This document shows positions 12,512 through 25,559 of a DNA stretch of 64,000 bases, in pieces. Below the pieces are notes generated by a model, which was not told where the DNA came from, made no database searches, and was given only the letters and a program-made list of their open reading frames with translations. Every line of letters begins with the position of its first letter. Within the stretch, counting starts at the first letter, position 1. The DNA comes from Lama glama (Eukaryota). Position numbers and translations under genes: made by a program. The stretch lies in contig CM052817.1 in assembly GCA_028534125.1 (NCBI GenBank), forward strand, positions 82,586,001 to 82,650,000, given 5' to 3'.

Positions 12512-12913
12512 GAGTACTTAGGTATTCTTTAAGACGACTGAGGCTTTCTTTCTCATCTCTCCCGAGAGTCATCCTTAATGTCCATATTTTAGCAATCACC
12601 TCAGAACTCTTCCAGCCTCTGTTACTCAGTTCCAAAGCCACTTGCTACATTTGTAGGTGTATGTTACAGCAGTCCCCCACTTCTGAGTACCAGTTTTGTC
12701 TTTTGTCTTAGTCAAGCTGCTATAACAAAGTATCATAAACTATATCTGAAACTTAGAAAATATTTCTCACAGTTCTGGAGGCTGTGAAGTCCAGGATCAA
12801 GGTGCCAGGAGATTCAGTGTTTAATAGAACCAGCTTCCTTGTTCATAGACAGCCATCTTCTCTGATTCACATGGATGAAGAGGTGGGGGGGGGTTCTCTA
12901 TGGGGTCTCTTAT

Positions 12914-13290
12914 GTTTTTAATCTATTATATTTTAATTTTGTTTCTTATTGAGGTGTAGTTGATTTACAATGTTAGTTTCAGGTGTACAGCAAAGTGATT
13001 CAGTTACATACATCTTTTTTTTTTTCAGATTCTTTTCCATTGTATGTTGTTATAAGCAACTGAATACTACAGATCCCTGTGCTATAATAGTAGGTCCTTG
13101 TTGTTTATTTTATATACAGTAATGTGAATCTGTATCTATTAATCCCAAACTTCTAATTTATTTCTTCCCTGCCCTTTCTCCTTTAGTAACTATAGTTTCT
13201 TTACTATATCTGTGAGTCTATTTTTGGTCTGTAAATAAGATTTGAATCACTTCTTTAAGATTCTACATATAAGTGATATCACATGATATT
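12914..13290 (-). mobile_element. L1 3' end inserted into the right-hand MaLR LTR
   Basis: tattgaggtgtagttgatttacaatgttagtttcaggtgtacagcaaagtgattcag is the antisense L1 tail. Flanks ggggtctcttat (12902-12913) and ggagtttcttat (about 13292-13303) form a degenerate TSD. Confidence 0.9.
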
Positions 13291-13492
13291 GGGAGTTTCT
13301 TATATAAGGGCATTAATTTCATTTGTGAGGGCTATAGGCTCATGACCTAATTGTATCCCCAAAACTATACTTTCAAATATGGTCACATTGGGGATTATGT
13401 TTTAACATAACTTTAAAGGTACACAAATATTCAGTTTATAACTGTTTATGCTACATTCACAAAGTGGACTAGTAGATGGCCATTAAAAATGA

Positions 13493-14645
13493 CATACTCA
13501 ATTCTCATTATTCACAAGAGTTCTGTTCTCTAAATTTGGTTCTGAACTAGCAAATGCAGAGCCATTGCTCCTAAAGGAGTTACAGGGTTAGGTTCCTTTT
13601 GGCCGTAAGATTTCTGTCAACTGATCAACAGATAACCTTGTTTTCTGTGGCATCTTATTAATATATATTTCTTATAAGTAATTAATTGCATGATACTGAA
13701 ATTATTTGAAGTCAGAGGTTTTGGGGCCATGTGTGTGTTTTATGGGTTTGTTTGCCAACATTTTTGTAAACAAGTCAAACTCATCAGCATTAAAAATCTG
13801 CTCTAACATGTAACTCATTACATGTGTAACACTTAGTTATTTTTGAAAAATCCTTCCATAGCCTACTGATCTGAGAACCAGCCTTGTCTACAAGTTTAAC
13901 TTTTTCAAGCCATATCATCATTTAAAGTGTGCAAGTCACTCAGCACTGGTACCCAGAGTTTTACCATTTTCATGACCCTGGAGAAAGTGACTATAAACTT
14001 CCGTGGGTTTCAGCCTCACAACAGTGCTGTCTGCTGCACTTTATTATCAATCATCATCTCATGAATCCACAATCTTAGCTTCTTTTTCATCATTTCCATA
14101 GCTTCATCCCACACTACAGATGTTACTTAGCACTTCTGGCATGGCCTCACATACAGATAAACAAATTTGCTTTTTCTTTTTCTGGATGTACCCTATTATT
14201 GATTCATTAACACTGAACTCATGGCCAACAGCAGTCTAAATCAAGCCTGGATGAAGTTTATCTAACATGAATCTTCTCCGTAAGACACATCACTGACTTC
14301 TTGTGCTTAGAAACACGAGACAGCACTTCATCACTATGGTTGGGGGCCATTTAAACAGTGAAATCACCAACAAAAGCATACAAATGCAAAAGGAAAAAAT
14401 GTGCCAAGTAGACCACAAGAAGAACATTTGTTTAAGTAGAAGAGCTGAAATAACATGGCAGTGTGTCACCTCACTTGACCTTGGCTGAGGATGTGCACGT
14501 CAGCTGGCTCAAAGTGTTCACTGCTCTGTACGTGTCTGTAAATGATCATAAAGGCTCCAGAAGTACTGACTGGGGTTCAAGGTAAATTTTGGTGAGTAGG
14601 CAAATCTGTAAATACAGAATCCATGAAAAATGAGAATCAATTGTA
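13493..14645. mobile_element. MER82/Tigger17-like TcMar-Tigger element
   Basis: Left end caattctcattattcac; right end gaatccatgaaaaatgagaatcaattg followed by TA (inverted termini). Internal ccattgctcct...cagggttaggttcct and ttgattcattaacactgaactcatggccaacagca. Confidence 0.8.
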
Positions 14646-16364
14646 TATATAAATAAGAATGGTAAATATTGTATTTTATTTGCTTTGATTCACTTAGGGA
14701 ATATTTTATAAGCATTTAATTCATGATGATATTCACTCAGTTTACAAGGATTTATATGAATTCATTCTCTTAGAAAGTACACGTACACCTAGGTACAGTG
14801 GAATGACTATGAAATTAATTACTGTACACACCTGGTCACTATTTATAACTTAGTGTGCTTATAGGTTTTAATAGACAGTTATATTTGGCGTAATGATAGA
14901 TGGCTACAGAAAAGAGAAAATAAAGGATTCATCTGTTTAATGATGGAAAGTTTGTCTTCCCCTTCACCCTGGGTGTGCACCTCTGACCAACACTCTTTAC
15001 TCCTCCTACGTTCCACACCCTTCATACCAATATAGAAAAATGAGCAGAGAGTAACAGAATGATATTAATTATATACATTTGGTTAGTATGAATTATCTGT
15101 GTTCCTATGATTTTAATACCAAGGTAATGAATCTATTAAAACTATAAAAAGTGGGTAAGACCAAAAAAGGAGAAAATATGATGTCATATTGTTACTGTTT
15201 TTTTTTTCTTAGTATCCCGATACTTGGACAAGGGGCATGCACTGACAAGGTACGCTTACACGTAAGTGTTATTCTATCTTTTACGTCAACAAAAAGACAG
15301 TCCATCACTTAAAATTTGTATATATAAACTTGTCAACAACAACCTGTATGCTGAAATCATACCAATGAGTGATGTAACAAGCCGTTTGAAGATAGGGATT
15401 GTCATGCATTCACGTTTGTATCACCAGCTTTCCACCCAGTTGCCTAGTAAGGCCTTATTTAATTAAGTGACTGTTTATTAAGTATTAGTTGTTGAAAATG
15501 GAAGTATTCCAGTTTTTAAAGTTTATTCAAAATATGTTTCTGACATTAAGAAAGTCCATTGGGTTTTTGGCAGCTTAATGAAATGAAATGATAACTATGG
15601 GTAGTGAATGCAAACAAGACAGGATGTATTCACAATAAATGAAGTGCTGCAGTGAAAAAAAAAAGCCTTCTTCCCACACAATAGGGACCATCTGTTTGAT
15701 CATAATTATTAAGGAAATAAAGTGTTTTCCAAGTTTTTTTTTTTTTTGATAAAACCTAAAAATGTCGCTGGAATATTGGTTTGTGTGCTGAATCCACAGT
15801 TTCTTCTTAGAGGACTGGCGATCTTCCTGTGTTAATTTCAACATGAACAATGTGGTCAAATAAAATAACTAGAATAATGTAAGAAAAATGGTGTGTTAGT
15901 GAAGTGTTAGTATAGATACGCTGTAGAGTTTAGATGAAAAGTCACAGCAAGAATTTCACCCGTGACTAGAGCAGAGCCAGTGCAGATCTAAACCTACGCG
16001 TAACACGTTCCATATGCTTAATACCTACAGGCTATGAAATATATAGCTGATTTAATTTTAATTAGCTTTTTACTTCCTAGGTCATCACCACACATGTCTG
16101 CACATATTTTCTACAATTCACATACATGGTGTATACTAGTTTTGTTATCATTAGGCTATGTAGAATAGAATAACTTCTCAGGTCAAGAGTTTTAAGAAAT
16201 GTAAAATTTTACTCATCATAAGAATGAAGATGATCATACTGAGTTCTTAGTTGCATTACATGGTGAAAAGTAAACCATACTTATTCTTAGTGCAATTAAA
16301 GGGTATATCACTTTGATGCTTATACTTTTTCTAGTGGTTCTAATTTCATATTCATTTTCAAAGA

Positions 16365-17580
16365 AAACACTCCCTGAGACCATACACAAAATAAACTCAA
16401 AACAGCTTAAAGATTTAAATATAAGATAAGACACAATAAACCTCAGCAATGTTTTCCTAGAACAGTCTACCAGGCAATAGAAATAAAAGAAAAAAATTAA
16501 TTAGCAAATGGGACCTAACTAAACTTATAAGCTTTTGCACAGCAAAGGAAACCATAAGCAAAACAAAAAGAGAACCTACGGAATGAGAGAAAATATTTGC
16601 AAATGTGACTGATAAAGGTTTAATTTCCAGAATATATAAACAATTCATACAACTTAGTAACAACAACAACAACAAAAAAAAGCTCAATCCAAAATTAGGC
16701 AGAAGACCTAAACAAGCAATTCTCCAATGAAAACATACGCATGGCCAAAAAGCACATGAAAAAAATACTCAATATTGCCAATTAGCAGAGAAACACAAAT
16801 CAAAACTACAATGAGGTATCACTTTACAATAGTCAGTATGGCCATCATTCCAAAGTCCACCAGCAATAAATGCTGGAGAGGATGTGAAGAAAAGGGAACC
16901 CTCCTACACTGCTGGTGGGAATGTAGTTTGGTGCAGCCATTATGGAAAACAGTATGGAGATTCCTCAAAAGAATAAAAATAGATTTGCCATATGATCCAG
17001 AAATCCCACTCCTGGGCATATATCCAGAGGGAACTCAAATTTGAAAAGATACATGTACTCCAATGTTCATAGCAGCACTATTTACGATAGCCAAGACATG
17101 AAAACAACCTAAATGCTGATCATTTATACAATGGAATACTACTCAGCCATAAAAAATAAAATAATGCCGTTAGCAGCAACATGGATGGACCTAGAGATCA
17201 TCATTCTAAGTGAAGTAAGCTAGAAAGAGAATGAAAAATGCCATATGATATCACTCATATTTGGGATCTAAAAAAAAAGGAAAAAAAGGACATTAATGAA
17301 CTCATCTACAAAACAAACAGACTCACAGACAATCTTATGGTTACCAGGGAAAGGAGGTAGGAAGGGATAAATTTGGGAGTTTGAGATTTGCAAATGTTAG
17401 CCACTATATATATTCAATTTCTTCTCTATAGCACAGGGAACTATATTCAGTATTTTGTAATAACTTTAATGAAAAAGAATATGAAAACAAATATATGTAT
17501 GTATATGCATGACTGGGACATTATGGCTCTGCACCAGAAATTGTCACACTGTAACTGACTATACTTCAGCTAAAAAAGAA
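16365..17580 (+). mobile_element. 5'-truncated camelid-type L1 (ORF2 C-terminus plus 3' UTR)
   Basis: ORF 16775-17044 encodes [10 protein letters not shown]...[35 protein letters not shown] (L1 ORF2 cysteine-rich domain). L1 3' UTR and A tail follow. Confidence 0.95.
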
Positions 17581-17589
17581 ATGAAAGTT

Positions 17590-17940
17590 AGAATCAGTTA
17601 TGGTGTAATATTGGACTATATATATATACATGGTAATAACAAAGAATGAATTATGCAAGTGACCACAGGAATGGATCTCACAGAAATCATGTTTTGTGAA
17701 AAGAAAATGAGGCACAAAAGCCTATTTACTGTACATATTTGATAATTTTATAAGAACAGAAAAAAATAACTTGATAGTGATAAAGTCAGAATAGTTATCT
17801 CTGCAGAGGGTTCTGAGAGGATTCTGGGCCTGGGTAGATATTAACTGGGACAGGGATTCTTTTTGGGTGCTAGATATGTTTGTATCTGGTCACACTGTAT
17901 CTCTACGACTAATGCACTTTATTCTGTTTTCCTCAATGGA
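17590..17940 (+). mobile_element. Old L1M 3' UTR fragment
   Basis: atggatctcacagaaatcatgttt...gtgataaagtcagaatagttatctct...ggattctttttgggtgctag. Confidence 0.6.
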
Positions 17941-18319
17941 AAATCTTTCAAAAGTACTTACCCCATTCTAAATATTATCTGTATTAGATTAGTTCATTTT
18001 AACTTCAGTGGAATGGGAATACATATAAACATTTTCCCAGTAAGAGATAAAAAGAGGTTTCTACCTATTCAAAACTAGTTTTTAAAAATCTAAAAATGAT
18101 TTAATATTATCACTTCTGTAAGCATTTGTTTATAATTTTTTTAGATAAATAACATTTTGCTCCCAAATGTTTCACATTATTTGATTTGATTTGAGCAAGC
18201 TGTTCATATATGCAGAAAGAAAACATCTGATAGTGTATCAGATTGTAGTGCATTAATTAGACAAACATACATCAATGTTAAAAAATGGATTGTTGATACA
18301 TTCTGTACTTAAGCCTGGC

Positions 18320-18420
18320 GGATATAGGAATGCTATATATATAGTTATCCTGGCTATGCATTGTACAAACATTAAGTGGTCCACTCTTATCATAGTCCAT
18401 GTGAGTGGTGCCCCCTGTAG
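18320..18420. mobile_element. Possible MER91-like hAT fragment
   Basis: tatatagttatcctggctatgcattgtacaa...ggtgccccctgtagtt resembles MER91 from memory. Confidence 0.4.
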
Positions 18421-20189
18421 TTAAGCCTGGCAACATTCTAAAAATTTTATACATACTGTGTACTCACAGTATTTCCTGTCAAAATCTACATAATTAACAA
18501 AAGAAATGACCTTTCCTGTTCTTTTAACAATTCATACCATTACATAAACCTTTTATTTTTTTTTAACTAAAATTAATAGCCTTGTATTTCCTCATTGGGT
18601 ATTTTATTTACCATATTTACTCAAGAAGAGAAAGCTGTACAGAAAACCAACATATTTTCAAGGTAATTTCTCAAGCGATGTTTGCAATTATGTGCAATTT
18701 GACATTGTCCATAGTATTTGTGTGTTCTCTACATAAAGTGTGTTGTTTCATCCAAATATATTTTTGTTCTCAAGTGTATTAATAATGGAAATAGTAAATG
18801 GGTACAATTTCACTGCTGAGTCATATGTTGGCTTGAAATTCTAGTGAGGTAGTGAAAGCAGTGGTCTGGGAAAAGAGGTGGAAGCATTCAGAGCACAGGA
18901 GAGGAAGAAAGGAGTAACAGAAATGTAGCTAGGTGGATTGGGAATTTATATAAATGGAGGAAATCATTCAGCAATAAACTCAGCAACATGGGTCTACGGG
19001 GGGGGAAAAGGGGAGAATATTAAAAGTAAACATTCATAAAATAGAATTAAAAGCACAAAATGGCATGGCAAAAGTCAGCATTTCTGAATCACTTAAAGTA
19101 CATGTGCAAAGTATCTATTTTTGGAATGACATTAAATAGATTTTAAATATATGTAACTCAAAATATGACACTATTTTAGATCAAAATAATACATATTAAT
19201 GTTGTTCAAAACATCTTGGTTAGTACTAATAGGGGAATAAAGATATTGACAGTGTTATAAGTTTAAAATCAAGGGCCCCAAGCCAACATTTTAAGAATTA
19301 CTGCCTTTCCTTTGAAACCTGTTCTTTTTCTCCTGGCTACACTTTGCCACCAACAGTATCACGTTTACCCTCAACAATCTAACGTGGGTTGAATGAGGAA
19401 GCCAACAATTCAATCATTGCCAGATACTACTCCACACCTTAGTATGATACTTTCTAACATGGGCATTAAAGTGAGGCTTGAGGAGAGTGAAACAAAGGAC
19501 TAAATATAAAATTTGCATGTAGAACAGAAGAAAAGCATTAAGGAGATTTTAGTCATTGTCTAGTTATTTGAATGTGTTAGTGAACTGTGCAAAAGGTAGA
19601 CTGGATGTGAGATGTTTCACAATCTGCATGCCCAAGTTAAGGCATCCAACTGACAAGCAGTTAGCCTGACAAAACTAACTTGGATCGACTTGAGTCCCTG
19701 TGGAAGTGACGTGTGCAGAGTAAGCAAGTCAGCCTATGTATGGAATCTAAGACCTGGCATTCATTACAGCCCAGTCGGCCCTATGACCCTTGATGGTCAT
19801 ATACGGCCCTCCTTCAAATGCCCAATGATCCTCGGCTATCAGCTCATACTGGATAGACAGACAATGAAAAGATAACATGAAAGTCTTGACTGCACAGAGA
19901 AGTCTTATCTGTTGGTTGGCTTCTCTTTGGCCTTAAAGTTCTCAAACTTTTTTTTAATAGCATCTTAAGAGGTATCATTTGGCAAATACAACAGCTTCTC
20001 TAATCTCTGAGTATACTCAAAGAGTTTTAGATTTATTTTTTAATTTGTAGATTATTTTCACCAATTATTGCTTCTTGCAGGGATTTTTTTTTTTTTTTGC
20101 CTTTTTGGGTCCTTCTCTCTGTAGCGGATGGCTTTCCTAATATGCTGGTCAATATTTCGTTGTTTATTCATACTTTAGATTAAAGTACC

Positions 20190-20480
20190 AATTAGTTGGT
20201 TTGGGTTTCCTCTTGACTTTTTTTGAAAGGCTTCCTTCATCCCAAAATCATAAAGATTCTGTATTTTCTACTTTTATTTTTTGTACTTAGCTCTTTAATA
20301 CTGTGTGGACTTCATTTTTGTATGGTATATAACACACATTTAACTTAATCAATTTTTTGTTTGGAATGCAGATTAGTTATCCTAAAACCATTTATTTAAT
20401 TTATTAAATTGTTATTCTTCCCTCAGTGATTTGAAATATCTATTTATTATTATTTCCTAGGGTCATTCCATTTTTGTTTT
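20190..20480 (-). mobile_element. Old L1M ORF2 fragment
   Basis: catcccaaaatcataaagatt...ttagctctttaat...ttcatttttgtatggtat...accatttatt is the antisense L1 ORF2 pattern. Confidence 0.55.
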
Positions 20481-21039
20481 ACTAGCACGGTGGTGTCTGT
20501 GTGTTTGTAGATTATAGAGGTGTAGATAAAACATCAAATGGGGACTCAGAGACCCAAATGCAGAAGGACACATTTTTCACAGCCATTTGCCAAATGCTAC
20601 GTTTGTAGGTGGTTGAAACTTAAGACTGGAGGGATCTCTCTTTTTAGTCAGGCTCGCCTAGTATTCTGGCATCCTACAATTTTGCATACTTTTTCCTTTC
20701 CTTAAAAAGAAAGTGGGAAGGTAGGAGGGTTTGTCTTTTATTATCTCAGTTGGAGAAATGAGGAAATGTTATATGTAAATTTTTCTGGCAAATCTGTTGA
20801 AAGTTGGGTCTGCTATTGCATGGCAGCACCATGTCTTCCTTCCCTTGTCCCTAAGTCAGTAAACTCCATCCACAGTGGGTATCAAGCAGTAGACCTGGCT
20901 GGCCTGTTTCAGATGGTGCTCTGTACTCACAACAGCAGCATAACAATGAAAATAGACACTGAGCTCTTACTAGATTTAATACTTAGCATGAATGATCTCA
21001 TTTAATCTTCAAAGAAATCCTATGATACGGACTCAATTG

Positions 21040-21180
21040 TGGCCTTCACTTCTTCCAAATCCATCTGTTGAAACCTTAACCTCCAATAGGACGGTATTTG
21101 GAGATAATTTGAGGGGTAAATGTTAATGAGGTCTTAAGTGTGAGGCCCTAATCTAATGGGATTAGTGTGCTTATATACTT
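21040..21180 (+). mobile_element. MLT1A/B-like MaLR LTR fragment
   Basis: ccaaatccatctgttgaaaccttaacctccaat...gtatttggagat...aatgaggtc...ggccctaatctaatgggattagtgt. Confidence 0.75.
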
Positions 21181-21239
21181 TATATATTATAAAATGTACA
21201 TTTTGTTTTGGTTGATATATTTTACCCACAGACGCTCCA

Positions 21240-22275
21240 GGCTAGAATTCTGACTGCACTGGGGAGCTTCAAAATGACAAGTTCAGGATTTTAAATTATT
21301 CATTCAAGGCACAATTAGAGCACCTTTATATAAAGCTTCTGTGACCTTGGTGGAACTGTCACCCTGAATCAATGAATCTGAAAACCAGATACTGAGTTTG
21401 ATTCAATGGTTTACAGCATTAAAAAGTAAGTTACTATGTTCAGTATCTTGTAATAATCTGTAATAGAAAAAAAATGAAAACAAATATATGTATGTGTATG
21501 CATGACTGGAATATTGTGCTGTACACCAGAGAAAGACACACTGTAATTGACTGTACTTCAGTTTAAAAAAAAAATTAAGTTAACATCACAGGTTCAGCAG
21601 GTTTTCAGTGTTGAAGCTGGGAACCTGGCTGGAAGAGTGGGAATCTGAATACAAGAGTAGACAAATTATGGTGGATTTGGGTGAGTCTAAGTCTCTGGAA
21701 TCCCTTACTGAAGCTGTTGTTTGCTTACTAACAGAAGGAATAATTTTCCCCATCTAATGAGTTTAATCCTGCTTTATATGAAGATCACTGAATGCAGGCT
21801 TTGATCATTCTTCTTTCAAGGAGATGAAAATTTTACTCAGGATAGATTCCTACCAACCCTCATATCCTCCAGGCCAATATTGAGGTTGCAGCAAGTTCCA
21901 GAAACAAATACAAAGTCTGAGCTACTATGAGGAAAATTACATGTCAAAAGGATGACAGTTTTTTTTTTAATTTACATTGGCAGAAATATAAATACTGCAG
22001 AATATGTTCTAGAATGAATTCCAAACTGTTAAACCACGTTGGAAAGAACGTAAGATTGTGACAAATTTATCACTATGGCTACACCTATCAGATGGTAATT
22101 TTTGAATTCAGTGTGCTAGCTTGAAAAGTTGTCAATGGCTCCAACAGTCTGCCACACTGATTTTCTAGAACTGGAAGAAAAATGTGACCTACATTAAATA
22201 AAATTGAGATTCCAAAAATTTCTTGTTGCAATATAGATGACACAATTCAAAGAGAGAGATTGGAATGTTGTTCTT
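21240..22275 (+). mobile_element. Degraded ERV-L-class internal region (gag)
   Basis: Broken reading through frameshifts and stops echoes ERV-L Gag motifs: aatttacattggcagaaa...gaatatgttctagaatgaatt (NLYRQK..EYVWEWI), ggaaagaacgtaagattg (GRNIKL), tgtgacctacattaaataaaattgagattcca...attcaaaga...gagattggaatgttg (WPTVNELEMP...IQRLREIGML). Confidence 0.72.
21434..21570 (+). mobile_element. Short camelid-type L1 3' stub nested in the ERV-L relic
   Basis: ctatgttcagtatcttgtaata...gctgtacaccaga...ctgtacttca plus A tail. Flanks aaaaagtaagtta and aaaattaagtta act as TSD. Confidence 0.88.
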
Positions 22276-22719
22276 ACATCAAGTGCAAGATCTTATTTTA
22301 AATACATTTTGAAATAATATTTTATGCATTTGTACACCTCAGATGTATGCTTTCATATTTTATATGCATAAGTAAACACAGTGGATTCTTTGAGTTTTAT
22401 TTCTCTAGACCTCAGTACTTACCACCATTAAAATGACTAACTCATATGAGTAAAAGGTATCTATATTAAGTATACCTAACAAATAGGTTAAATATTTAAA
22501 TGATTCCTAAATAAGCCACATAGGAGCAGTAAGAGTCACTGTGGGTGCTGTTATAATGCAGGCGCCCCCTCTCCCAGAAGCAGACTATAACATTATTTTT
22601 CTCAAATTCAAAATAAGCTATGAATACAGTATTTAGAATTGAATTTTGTAGTAAAACTTTGGTTTAAATAATTACTGAATTTGATTTTTCTCCTTATGTG
22701 AACATGAACCTCAAACATG

Positions 22720-22870
22720 GAAACTTGTTAAGCCTTGGTGTCTGCGTCTGGACATGTCTGGAGACAATTATACCAGCCTCACAAGATCCTTGGGAGGACT
22801 TCAGTGAAGTAATGTCTAGAGAGATTAACACAATGCCTGGCTCATAGTAACTGCTCAATAAATTATTAGT
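22720..22870 (+). mobile_element. MIR
   Basis: aacacaatgcctggctcatagtaactgctcaataaattattag is the MIR 3' end. Confidence 0.7.
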
Positions 22871-23934
22871 ACTAGCATTGTAAATTATGAATAAAGAAAA
22901 CAAATGTTGCCTTCAAAATAGCTTTACTAAAACACGTAAGGAGAATAACTTTGGAGCAGAGATTGGGTTTTTTAAAATGCTGCATCAGTAAAAAGCATAT
23001 TTTCAAAGTGACTCATTCTTTTATTCACTCCTTTTCCTTCTCTATCATTCCACTGCTACTCACCCTTAAGATTTGTCTTTCGCTTTGTTTATAATTCATT
23101 TAGTTTTTCCAACAAATTAATTATTTTAGTAATTAAGCCAACTACCTCCTCTTAGAGTTTACTCAGTGCTTTTCCATATAAAAACATATTACTCAACTCT
23201 AAGTAAGGTTTGCTTGCTTTGGCTGAACTGACTGCACGTTTCATAATGTTTATCCATCCATGAAACTTCACCTTCTGTAATGCCACTTGATGATTAGATA
23301 TATAACAAGGATTTATGACAAAAATTTAAATTAATCATTTGATGATATTCATGAGCCTCTAATTCAAGATTCTCATGGTTTTTTTCAGATTAATTCAAAT
23401 ATTGCTATATAAGGATGAATCTGTCTTCTTTATACAGCACTACATGAAGTATGTACATTCCATAGTTTTCCCACATAGATAATGCAACAAGAAGTCACCT
23501 AGCACAGTATAAGCAAAATTGCATTTAGAATTTATATATCATTAGTTTTCTGTCTAATGTTGTCTGGGAGCAGCAGAATGTTTAATTCTGGTAAGAGGGG
23601 CATGGAACCAAAACAAATTTGAACCTCACTTGGTAAACTGAGTTTGCTCTGGGCTTGTTCCATCCTGTCTTACCTAGTAAAATCTTCAAGTATATCCTAC
23701 ATAAAGTCTATTAAATTGACAGCCAAACTTGTTTTCCCATTTTCTCTTTCAGTGTACTGATTCTCAATACCCTTCTCCTTCTCCAGATGCCTCCTTAACT
23801 CTCTGTTACTCTCTGCTGCCCAATTCTTCTAGTAAATTTCTTTATTTTACTTATTTTAGGTACACCCTCTAGCCAGAGAAGAAAGTTGGAATCTTCTGGT
23901 CATTATATTTCTTGGCCATAATACTTGCTATGTG

Positions 23935-25465
23935 AAAAGAACAGACCGGGAGGAGTCATACTCCCTGACTTCAGACTATTCTATAGAGCTACAGTAATCC
24001 AAACAGAATGGTACTGGCACAAAAACAGACACATTGATCAATGAAACAGAGTAGAGAGCCCAGAAATTAACCCACATACTTAATGCTCAATTAATCTATG
24101 ACAAAGAAGGCAAGAATATATAATAGAGAAAACACAATCTCTTCAATAAGTGCTGTGGTAAAAACAAGACAGCTACATTTCAAAGAATTAAGTTAGAACA
24201 TTCCCTAATACTATACACAAAAATAAACTCAAAATGGATAAAAAACTTAAATGTAAGACTCCATAAAGATAAAAACATAGATACCATAAAAATTCTAGAG
24301 GAAAACAAAGGCAGTTAAGTTTTTGGCACAAATCATAGCAATATTTCTTTGTATCTGTCTCCTAAAGCAAAGGAAACAAAACCAAAAATAAACAAATGGG
24401 ACCTAACTGAACTTAAAAGCTTTTGCATAGCAAAGGAAACCACTGACAAAACTATAAAACAACCTACTGAATGGGAGAAGACATTTGCAAATGTTATGAC
24501 TGATAAAGGGTTAATATCCAACATATATAAATAGCTCACACAACTCAACATCAAAAAAAAAAGATATCTGATTGAAAAATGGACAGAACTGAATAGACAC
24601 TTTTCAAAAAAGGAAAAGCAGATGGCTAACAGGTACATGGAAAGACACTCAACATCACTTATCATCAGATAAATGCAAATCAAAACCACAATGAGATATC
24701 ACCTCACTCCTGTCAGGATGACTGTCATTAAAAAGACCAGAAATAACAAGGCTAAGATCTGAAGAAAAGGGATCCCTCATATGCTGCTGGTGGGAATATA
24801 ATTTGGTGCAGCCACTGTGGAAAACAGTATGGAAAACAGTATGGTCTCAAAAAACTAAAAATAGAACTACCATATGATCCAGCAATCCTACTTCTGGTTA
24901 TATACCTGAAAAAAACAAAGACACTAATTCAAAAAGATACATGCACCTCAATATTCATCACAGCACTATTTATAGTTGCCAAGGTATGGAAGCAACCTAA
25001 GTGTCCATCATATCCATCAACAGATGAATGGCAAAGAAGATGTGAGTATATATATGTACACACACATACACATATATATATTATATATATACACATACAT
25101 ATATACAATGGACTACTACTCAGCCATAAGAAAGAATGACATTTTGCCTTTTGCAGCAACATGGATGAACTTGAAGGACATTATGCTAAGTGAAATAAGT
25201 GAGACAGAAAGACTAATTATGTATGATATCACTTACAAGTGCAATCTAAAAAATATAACTAGTGAATTTAACAAGAGACAGACTCCAGATACAGAGAACA
25301 AACTAGGAGATACAAGTGGGGAGAGGGAAGGGGAGGGACAGTAAAGGGGTAGGGAGAAAAAAGGGTTTATTATTGGATTATATGAAATCATATGTGTGAA
25401 ACTTTTGAAATTTGTAAAACACTAGAGTTTAAAGATTCTTTCATTCAATAAAAAAATTTAAAAAA
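23935..25465 (+). mobile_element. 5'-truncated L1 (ORF2 3' part plus 3' UTR of a distinct subfamily)
   Basis: ccctgacttcagactatt...tggtactggcacaaaaacagacac. ORF 24349-24534 reads [19 protein letters not shown]...[11 protein letters not shown]. The 3' end ...cattcaataaaaaaa differs from the other young copies. Confidence 0.93.
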
Positions 25466-25559
25466 TATATTTAGAAGGATAAATTTCCAAGTCAATGGCC
25501 AGAATGAAAACAGAAGTGAAATAATTAAAAGATTGAAAGAAAACAAGATTAATGATACT

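Larger units (their letters stand above)
11007..13443 (-). mobile_element. Two-LTR MaLR provirus (MLT1A-type LTRs at about 11007-11347 and 12704-13443, internal region between)
   Basis: Both LTRs begin tgtcttagtc and share tctggaggctg(g/t)gaag.cca.ga.caaggt, taagggca.taatt.catt...agg(g)ct..a.gctcatgaccta and the end atattcag..tata. The 1.35-kb internal region carries the MaLR ORF. Confidence 0.9.

Noticed and set aside
16775..17044. ORFs with CWRGC...HCWW motifs (also 27629-27883 and 30690-30893)
   Set aside because: They are fragments of L1 ORF2 in 5'-truncated dead copies, not host genes.
23675..23697. Minus-strand 23-nt microexon candidate (DILEDFT, donor AG|gtaaga)
   Set aside because: Weak polypyrimidine tract, not frame-preserving, and no supporting context.
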